A stretch of DNA of 64,000 nucleotides from a virus (lineage: Duplodnaviria > Caudoviricetes), in the IMG/VR virus record IMGVR_UViG_3300025150_000002, positions 128,001-192,000 of that record, one strand, 5' to 3'. A program made the translations under genes and the position numbers. This document shows positions 57,643 through 64,000 of the stretch, in pieces. Under the pieces are notes generated by a model. The model searched no databases, was not told the DNA's origin, and worked only from the letters and a program-made list of their open reading frames with translations. The first letter of the stretch is position 1, and each line of letters starts with the position of its first letter.

Positions 57643-58392
57643 CTAGTTATCGAAGGCGATGACGACTCGGACCCGATCCGGCGGGCCGAGCTTCACCATG
57701 TCTGAGATGGTTTCGATGAAATCGGACACGAGGTCCCGATAGGTTCGTGGCAGCTCGATCCCACAGAAGATGCCGAGCTTCTCCTGCTGCTTGGATATTC
57801 GGTTCTTCCGCCACCTGACGAACTTCTTGGTCTCCTCGGTGAGGAGCAGCAGGGTCATCTCCTCTTCGGTCACTTGTCGGTGGAACCCTTCTGGAAGACC
57901 CTTGTGCCACATCGATCGGCCGCCGGTGTATTCGGCGTGATCCAGACCCGGAGGGACCTTGCCGGTCTCCTTCCACTCCAAGTAGTCGTCCGCGAAGAGT
58001 GCCATCGTCTCGTGGCAGGCGACGGCGTCCCAGTCTGTGTCCATGAGCTCTTGGACGTTAAACCAGGTGTGACCGTGGTAGTCGGAGTAACCGCCCATCT
58101 CCTCGTGTGTGGGGATGTCCTTGAGAGTCGCCTTCGAGACGTCGTGCGGGACCCCTCTCCTGGCGAAGTGGAGAGGCTTGATGTGGAAGTTCCGGATGTC
58201 CGCCAGCACGGCGAACAGGACGTAGTTTCTGTTGCTGAGCGCGTTCATGTAAGACGGCCGCCGCGCGTCCATCTCGTCGTAGTTCCAGCCGTTCTTCTCT
58301 CGAAGCCGCCAGTAACGGGTCTTGGAGTCTCGCAGACCCCACCGACCGTTCTTGCCCTTCACCTCGATGCACGGGTGCGCGTCTGTTCCGAT
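57643..58392 (-). CDS. Conserved phage protein (start probably ATC 58392)
   Basis: GTDAHPCIEVK, RNYVLFAVLADIRN, DYHGHTW, RVVIAFDN. Confidence 0.7.
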   Translation of the reverse strand: MGTDAHPCIEVKGKNGRWGLRDSKTRYWRLREKNGWNYDEMDARRPSYMNALSNRNYVLFAVLADIRNFHIKPLHFARRGVPHDVSKATLKDIPTHEEMGGYSDYHGHTWFNVQELMDTDWDAVACHETMALFADDYLEWKETGKVPPGLDHAEYTGGRSMWHKGLPEGFHRQVTEEEMTLLLLTEETKKFVRWRKNRISKQQEKLGIFCGIELPRTYRDLVSDFIETISDMVKLGPPDRVRVVIAFDN

Positions 58393-58399
58393 GATGTCC

Positions 58400-59197
58400 C
58401 TACCTTTTGAGAAGCTCCAGGAACCGGTCGTGCTTGCGTTTGAGAAAGGGCCCCTCTGAGTACATCCAGAGACACAGCCTCTCTATCTGCCGATTCCCCT
58501 CCACGCAGAGGGAGTGAATGCTCTTCATCTTTCTGATATTGCCTCTTACTTCTACCGCCCTGGCCATCCGAGCCTGAACGCTTCTCAAGAATTCCTCACG
58601 ACCCGCCATACACCATCGCCATCGCTTGTAGTTAGGCGAGTTTCTCGGTACGACATGGTAGATCGAGCCGTCCCCATCGAAGTAACCACGGATAAAGTGA
58701 GCATCGAGTGTCTGAGGAATCTGGTTTGGATAGACCAGCTTGTGGGTTTTACTCTGCACCATGCCTTGCGCGGCGAGTGCTCGACTAAGCGCCACGCTTT
58801 TGATGCGACAAGCGTAGATCCTCTTGTGGCCTGGACGATCGCGGTTTAAGAGCTTCAACGTCTTCTTAGGGCAAAGTTCGTTACGGAACAGCACAACCAG
58901 TTCGTGATCCGTGAGGTCTAATGAGACACATGAGCCCTCAATGTTGCAGCCATCAGCCATCAGCAACCCAAACAAGTAGGCCTTTGCCGGCGTGTTGATC
59001 GTATCGAAGTAGTCTTCGATGATCTCGTGTTTGCGCTTGTGCGACCACGGGGTCCTGGGTTTGAACCCATCTAACTTGAGCAACCTATTCCGAACAGTGC
59101 CGAGATCGACGCCATAGAGCGCGCCGATAGTTTTGTAGGTCAGGCCGGCGTTGTAATGGTCGAGGAGAACAGTCGAGTCAAGGTGTTGATGTGACAT
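58400..59197 (-). mobile_element. Free-standing LAGLIDADG homing endonuclease with N-terminal HTH
   Basis: YFDTINTPAKAYLFGLLMADG, FIRGYFDGDG; TTGACA-17-TAGTGT promoter 6 nt before ATG. Confidence 0.88.
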
Positions 59198-59220
59198 TTC
59201 TCAACACTAGGATGAGCTGA

Positions 59221-59247
59221 TCAACCTGTCAAGGCGTCGGTTCCCAA
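59221..59247 (-). pseudogene. Displaced original 5' end (MGTDA) of the 57643-58392 gene
   Basis: AAGGAGGT RBS then TTG GGA ACC GAC GCC, matching ATC GGA ACA GAC GCG at 58392. Confidence 0.65.
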
Positions 59248-59300
59248 TTGCCACCTCCTTCTCTCTTTCCTTCTACCCGTGAGAGCGGAGATGCATCGAG

Positions 59301-59540
59301 TTAGTAGAGACCAGCTCCAGGACCCCCGGATGATGGTGGACGTGGTAGGCCGCGTTTCGCTCGCAGCTTCGCGTCGATTACAGCAAGCTCATCGACGCGG
59401 GCCGTCCTCGCGAACGGCCGGAGGTCCCAATTCCACTGGCCGTTCAACTGAACGTTGAACGGTCCGACCCACAGATCACGTCGACCGCAGTAGGTGAACC
59501 CGCGCTCGATTAGGGCCTGCCGGTAGTCTTCAGGCGACAT
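59301..59540 (-). CDS. Hypothetical protein (paralog of 60552-60902)
   Basis: ALIERGFT...LWVGPF...LRAKRGLPRP. Confidence 0.6.
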   Translation of the reverse strand: MSPEDYRQALIERGFTYCGRRDLWVGPFNVQLNGQWNWDLRPFARTARVDELAVIDAKLRAKRGLPRPPSSGGPGAGLY

Positions 59541-59811
59541 CGTTCGAGCGCTTCCAGTAGTACCAGATGTGGCCTAGCCACAGTGAATTAGCGACGAACA
59601 TCAGGAGCGCACCTGCGAAGCTCATCCACTGGTCGAGGCTTGGATAAAAAAAGAGGTTCCAGCAGCTCCAGGTGGTGAAAAACAGCGTGGGGTACCAGAC
59701 GACACCCTTGAGCTCCTTATCTCGACGGATGGCCCGCACGTTGGCGAGCAACAGAAGTGCACCAACTAGCTCAAGTGATCCGTTGATCGCGTCCGGCCAG
59801 GACAGGGTCAC
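59530..59811 (-). CDS. PQ-loop/SemiSWEET-like three-TM membrane protein
   Basis: Three hydrophobic helices; RAIRRDKELKGV. Confidence 0.6.
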   Translation of the reverse strand: MTLSWPDAINGSLELVGALLLLANVRAIRRDKELKGVVWYPTLFFTTWSCWNLFFYPSLDQWMSFAGALLMFVANSLWLGHIWYYWKRSNDVA

Positions 59812-60221
59812 GACGCGTCACGCTGGTGCAGGAAATGGTCTTCGGTGTTGGTCAGTGGGTTGTAGCGCAGATCCATCTGACGCCACCGGTTGTCGTTCTC
59901 CAGGATGGCCTTCTTCGGGAGGCTGATCCCCTGCTGCTCCATCCACTCCAAGAAGGCGAGTTCTTCAGATTGATCAGGATCGTCCGGCAAACCCTCGATC
60001 TTGGTTCCGTCTCTGACGGGAAAGCAGCACGGACCGTCGTCCATCGCAAGTGGGTTAAATCGCAGGTCCAGCTTGCCGCCTTTTTTGAGCTTGCCGGCTT
60101 TGAACTCGGCCCTCTTCTGCCTAAGCCACTTGTCTGTTGGACTTAGGACCTCTCTTCGTGGCCGGGGAGTTACCTTGTTCACCAGATGGGCATAGACCAC
60201 CCTAAGTATTTGTAGTATCAT
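59808..60221 (-). CDS. Hypothetical protein with duplicated DLRF/YNPL motif
   Basis: LDLRFNPL and MDLRYNPL. Confidence 0.5.
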   Translation of the reverse strand: MILQILRVVYAHLVNKVTPRPRREVLSPTDKWLRQKRAEFKAGKLKKGGKLDLRFNPLAMDDGPCCFPVRDGTKIEGLPDDPDQSEELAFLEWMEQQGISLPKKAILENDNRWRQMDLRYNPLTNTEDHFLHQRDAS

Positions 60222-60271
60222 GAGTTACCTTTGTGTACACTGTTCTTTGCACCAAATATGTTACCGAGGTC

Positions 60272-60586
60272 CTAGGTTGCCCCATTTGGTTCAGACTGAC
60301 GCGCGAACCGAACGGTCATGGTTCGCGGCCCAACCTTCACGGTCAACTCCACATCAGCCAGGTCTACGTCGCCGTACCTGGCAGCCGTCTCCTGGGACGC
60401 TGAGCCTACGGAGAGGGCGAATCGTCCGACCGGGTCTGCGAATAGCTCCCAGCCTGGCTTCGCTGGACGCTCAGGTGCCGGGTCCCCTTCGACTACGACG
60501 TTGAAGCCATTGATGACGCGGTGATAGTCATCCCAGGTGGGCATATGACTCCTAATGAACAGGTGGTGGCGAGTTTGGCGGATCAT
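60272..60586 (-). CDS. Hypothetical protein (start possibly ATG 60544)
   Basis: Operon context. Confidence 0.5.
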   Translation of the reverse strand: MIRQTRHHLFIRSHMPTWDDYHRVINGFNVVVEGDPAPERPAKPGWELFADPVGRFALSVGSASQETAARYGDVDLADVELTVKVGPRTMTVRFARQSEPNGAT

Positions 60587-60902
60587 AGGACGGCCTGTGG
60601 AGAGGACGTGGTAGCCCGCGCTTGGCGCGTAGCTGTTCGTCCACCTGCGCGAGCAGCGTCTTCCTCAGTCCAGACACACCTGGACCGATTCCTCCACCGG
60701 TGATACCTGAGTTTCCTATCCCCTGCGCGTTGTTCGTGCCCGAGGCAGTGATGAAGTTGGCCTGGCTGGATATGCCGGTCACGGTCAGCCCGAACGGTCC
60801 GACCCATAACTGTCGACTCTGGTTCCAGGTGAAGCCGCGATGGGCGAGCGCGGCTTCGAACTGTTGCTGAGTCATGGGCGGTTTGTCGAACGGACTTGAC
60901 AT
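60552..60902 (-). CDS. Hypothetical protein (paralog of 59301-59540)
   Basis: ALAHRGFT...LWVGPF...LRAKRGLPRP. Confidence 0.6.
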   Translation of the reverse strand: MSSPFDKPPMTQQQFEAALAHRGFTWNQSRQLWVGPFGLTVTGISSQANFITASGTNNAQGIGNSGITGGGIGPGVSGLRKTLLAQVDEQLRAKRGLPRPLHRPSYDPPNSPPPVH

Positions 60903-61058
60903 GGTGGTTAGTTTAGCTTAACCAGCCAGGAATCGTCTAAGGAACAGAACGGTGTGTACATTTTTCGTCAGGACCCCGTAGCTATTGATGCTCCACCATC
61001 GATCAGGAAAGAGGCCGTACCACCAGGCCCAAACTCGATGCATTAGCGCGGGTAGAAC

Positions 61059-61691
61059 GTGAAGGTCGAGACCGACCACGAGGAACACGAGGAACACGAG
61101 GAACACGAGGAACACGAGGAATCCATGAGTGTGAATGAGGACGCCAAGTCACTGTTGTCCAATCTCCGTAACCGGCGAGGTCGCTGGGTCGTGACCGGCA
61201 GCAACCCGATGTTCGGCCCGGCGATGTTCGAGGCCAGCGCGTTCGACGAGATGGTGGAGCTGTACATCGCGGCCCGCGAGTCAGCGGACACGACCGCACT
61301 GCGGAACGAGCTCGACGCCCTAAAGGAGAAGCACAAGAAGCTCTCCGAGGAGTCACACGACCTTCGCATAAAGGCGAAGAGCGCTGACAATATGAGGGAC
61401 GCCTACAACCTCCAACGAGAGAGGTGGATGGCGTTGTCCACGCACCTCCTCCGCGAGGGCGACATCCTTTGCCTGGAGAAGTACAAGCGAAAGGAGCGGC
61501 GTAAGGTCATCAGCTACGATTTCAAGACGAAGTCGTATACGTTCGTGATCTGGGACGAGCGCCGCAAGACCTGGTGCACAACGGTTCACTCCAACACCAT
61601 CGGTCTCATGCTCGACAACGCCGGAATTATCGTCCAGGTGACGCGACCCGGCGACATGGAGCAGGGTGAGAAGAGCGAGAAGCGAAAGTGA
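61059..61691 (+). CDS. Hypothetical coiled-coil protein (start 61059 or ATG 61125)
   Basis: Long ORF; GTGA coupling to the next gene. Confidence 0.6.
   Translation: MKVETDHEEHEEHEEHEEHEESMSVNEDAKSLLSNLRNRRGRWVVTGSNPMFGPAMFEASAFDEMVELYIAARESADTTALRNELDALKEKHKKLSEESHDLRIKAKSADNMRDAYNLQRERWMALSTHLLREGDILCLEKYKRKERRKVISYDFKTKSYTFVIWDERRKTWCTTVHSNTIGLMLDNAGIIVQVTRPGDMEQGEKSEKRK
61077..61121 (+). repeat. (CACGAGGAA)x5 tandem repeat
   Basis: Counted directly. Confidence 0.95.
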
Positions 61692-62107
61692 TCCAGAAGA
61701 CTGTCTACAGAATCCGTATCACTCGCGTGGTCCCCAACGAGTTCTTTTCTGATGAGCCGGTCGGTAGCTACAGCTACTTCAGCCCGTTCCCCGGTACAGG
61801 CCGCCGGTATACGTTCTTGCGGCGAGCCAACATCTGCGATGTGTGCGGTGACCACATCACGGCTATCAACTTCGCCACCATCGCCGAGGCTAACACGAGG
61901 CTCAAGACGGCCTGTGTGAAGGACATCCTTGAGTACTACGGCGATGAGGGAGTTTATCCAGGCAAACACGGTCCGCCCTATCGACTTGACATCGTTGAGG
62001 TCAAGCTAGATCGACGCGAGCGTTACGGGTGGTGCAAGACCAGCGAGCGAGTGGTTCGCCAGATTGTCCCTGAGCCCACGATCCTCGATCAGCTGTCGGT
62101 GATCTGA
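61688..62107 (+). CDS. Hypothetical protein
   Basis: Ends TILDQLSVI. Confidence 0.6.
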   Translation: MIQKTVYRIRITRVVPNEFFSDEPVGSYSYFSPFPGTGRRYTFLRRANICDVCGDHITAINFATIAEANTRLKTACVKDILEYYGDEGVYPGKHGPPYRLDIVEVKLDRRERYGWCKTSERVVRQIVPEPTILDQLSVI

Positions 62108-62355
62108 TGAGCAAGTTCAAGCCCGGTGATGTAGTAAGAGTCGCGGACTACTACGACCTACGACTCGTCGGACACGTGTTCACAGTTCTCGACTTTTCAA
62201 CCCTGTACCACTGCTGGGACCACCCAGTCATCTCTAACCCTTACTATGAGGAGGATGGTCAGTCCAACCCAGCTAGGTGGCCTTGTCTTTACATCAGATT
62301 CAGTCCCGATCAGTTGGAGCACTGGACCGTACTTGATAGGTTGGCGAAGGTTTAA
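62107..62355 (+). CDS. Small SH3-like hypothetical protein
   Basis: KFKPGDVVRV; ends TVLDRLAKV. Confidence 0.65.
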   Translation: MSKFKPGDVVRVADYYDLRLVGHVFTVLDFSTLYHCWDHPVISNPYYEEDGQSNPARWPCLYIRFSPDQLEHWTVLDRLAKV

Positions 62356-62409
62356 ACAGGCACCAGAAATTGGCCTACCTGCCATGATCCATATCAAGGG
62401 GTAATCCCA

Positions 62410-62928
62410 GTGACCGCCAGCCAACCAACCCCGTGGATGGAGAACGACGAGCTCGCAAGAACGTTGACCGAGGCCGGATGGAAGTGGCAACTATACGTAG
62501 CTCGCTTCTTCGAGGCGCACGGATTTGAGGTTGATGTTCCCGAGTACTCGTGGAGAAACTCCCGCGAAGAGATCAAGGACTACCTGCATACCTGGGATCT
62601 GAAGATCTGCGACCAGCGGATCGAGGTCAAGTCCAGAGACTTGGCATTCGACACGTACTGGCGGACCTTTCCTTGGGAGCGTGCCCTTGTCGATACGGTC
62701 CATAATTACGAGGCCCACGAGGTCAAGCCCATGGCCTACATTTACGTGAGCCAGCATACCGGGGCGATGCTCACGACCCCTGGTAGTGTTGAGGCCCGCG
62801 ACGCCTGGTGGGAGAAGAAGGATGCCTTCGACCATGTGCGGAAGATCAACGACACCTTCTACACTGTGGGCCGCGAACACCTGGACCCCATCACCAAGCT
62901 GCTCGCGCGCCTCAAGGAACTGCAATGA
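62410..62928 (+). CDS. Possible PD-(D/E)XK nuclease-fold protein
   Basis: WDLKICDQRIEVKSR. Confidence 0.5.
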   Translation: MTASQPTPWMENDELARTLTEAGWKWQLYVARFFEAHGFEVDVPEYSWRNSREEIKDYLHTWDLKICDQRIEVKSRDLAFDTYWRTFPWERALVDTVHNYEAHEVKPMAYIYVSQHTGAMLTTPGSVEARDAWWEKKDAFDHVRKINDTFYTVGREHLDPITKLLARLKELQ

Positions 62929-63338
62929 CGGATAAGCAAGGGCCAGACACCCGGATAGAGGCACGAACGGCCGTATTGATAGCCGTAACGATGGCTAACG
63001 AGCGTCGAGCTCGGGGCGATTCCGCAAGGGGACTCGACATCATTCTCGGAGTGGTCGACAACCTGATTGGTTCCACCGATGCACTTTTCTCTATGCTCGG
63101 TCACGAGGTTCCTGAGCGTGACGAGAAGGCCTTCCTCGGCGTGAGTGACGCGCTCGAAGAGATCGATCCGACGGAGCTAGAGGCCTCGCACGTCCTCGCC
63201 CTACTCTCATCAACGTCTAATCTACAGAGTCGGATTCCAAGCTACGCTGACTTCTACGGGCGCGCGCTGGCTCACTTCCGTGAGACGCGGCCCGACGAGC
63301 TCCAAGGTCTCTTAGGCGGCTTCGAGCCGGACGCGTAA
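62925..63338 (+). CDS. Hypothetical protein
   Basis: ATGA overlap. Confidence 0.55.
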   Translation: MTDKQGPDTRIEARTAVLIAVTMANERRARGDSARGLDIILGVVDNLIGSTDALFSMLGHEVPERDEKAFLGVSDALEEIDPTELEASHVLALLSSTSNLQSRIPSYADFYGRALAHFRETRPDELQGLLGGFEPDA

Positions 63339-63446
63339 CCACGCCTCAACTACATTGTCGTTGAGGTGGCACTGCGGCTATACCCGATTCGTACATGCGT
63401 CGGACGAAGCACGCATAGATACCAAAGGTGGCCACCTTCCCTCGGG

Positions 63447-63539
63447 TATAACCGCGATGGAGTAAGACACTCCCTTCGGGAAGATCCTGACGATCTTCCG
63501 CTACGGAAACGGGGCTTCGACAGTCCCTAGGAGTCTTCG
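63447..63539 (+). promoter_or_regulatory. Promoter and structured 5' leader of the CoaB-like gene
   Basis: GGGTATAAC; hairpins GGAGT/ACTCC, GGAAGATC/GATCTTCC, GGGGC-TTCGACA-GTCCC next to the AGGAG RBS. Confidence 0.5.
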
Positions 63540-64000
63540 ATGGGTCGCCATCTTCAGCGGTTCTATATCATCACCGGCGGGACCATGGTCCACGTCGCTC
63601 CTCACTTCTCCCTCTGCGCCCCCGCCTACGGAGCTGTCGGACGCCTGATCGCGTCACACCTCAAGGCGCAGCTTCTCAAGGAGGACGCGCCACCGCAGGT
63701 TCACCTGATCCGGACCCAGCTTGCCAGAGGTGAGAGCTCATTGACGTACGATGAGCGGGACGCCTTCGAGGCTGCAGGTATCAGCCGACTGGAGACCAAC
63801 GACGACCTGGCGCAGCTCGTCACCTCCCTGGTCGCGGACGATGAGACTCGGTGCATTGTTATGGCCGCCGCAGTCTGTGACTGGGAGCCGACCGACATCA
63901 CCTACATGGCCAACGCCTCCGGCAACTCGATCTGCGACTTCGGTAAGGACCAGCCGCGACTCCGCACCTCTCCGCCCTATCCCGGGGCCAGCAAGGGGCT
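63540..64000 (+). CDS. Phosphopantothenate-cysteine ligase (CoaB/DFP)-like protein, truncated by window end
   Basis: IITGGTMVHVAPHFSLCAPAYG, IVMAAAVCDWEP. Confidence 0.7.
   Translation, partial: MGRHLQRFYIITGGTMVHVAPHFSLCAPAYGAVGRLIASHLKAQLLKEDAPPQVHLIRTQLARGESSLTYDERDAFEAAGISRLETNDDLAQLVTSLVADDETRCIVMAAAVCDWEPTDITYMANASGNSICDFGKDQPRLRTSPPYPGASKG

Noticed and set aside
58390-59247. Ribosomal bypassing or splicing across the LAGLIDADG cassette
   Set aside because: About 840 nt is far longer than known hops and there is no room for ribozyme structure outside the ORF.
60918-61115. ORF beginning MFLVFLVFLVFLV as a membrane protein
   Set aside because: It is the antisense reading of the CACGAGGAA repeat.
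63375-63425. Group II intron domain V-like hairpin on the minus strand (ATGCG...CGCATGTACG)
   Set aside because: No AGC/CGC catalytic triad, no domain VI, and no interrupted gene.

Overview
This 64-kb window looks like part of a large, GC-rich tailed bacteriophage genome with T4 gp23-type capsid homologies. The host may be a Planctomycete, a weak inference from the ClpS C-terminal motif and the FGE-sulfatase domain. The left ~30 kb is a replication/recombination module: thymidine kinase, beta-class DNA methyltransferase, RecA-like protein, SF2 helicase, primase, DnaB, DnaC-like loader, an initiator with internal iterons, and a RecQ-like helicase. Four inteins sit in three helicase genes. The right ~34 kb is an accessory region of small genes, including glutamine synthetase II, ClpS, a WYL protein, NUDIX proteins, hemerythrin, a PQ-loop protein, a capsid-like paralog and a CoaB-like gene. 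The most unusual observations are: (1) an FGE/C-type-lectin gene followed by four degenerate copies of its own C-terminal cassette in all three frames, separated by fragments resembling capsid and prohead-protease genes; (2) an intein whose LAGLIDADG endonuclease is a separate overlapping gene in the -1 frame with its own RBS; (3) a short [VIP]LD-x-[LI]-a-x motif in ~25 otherwise unrelated proteins, mostly near the C-terminus; (4) free-standing homing endonucleases inserted in conserved gene motifs, flanked by recoded duplicate or displaced gene ends; (5) several candidate structured ncRNAs, one tRNA-like. All family calls come from motif recognition by eye; no database search was run.
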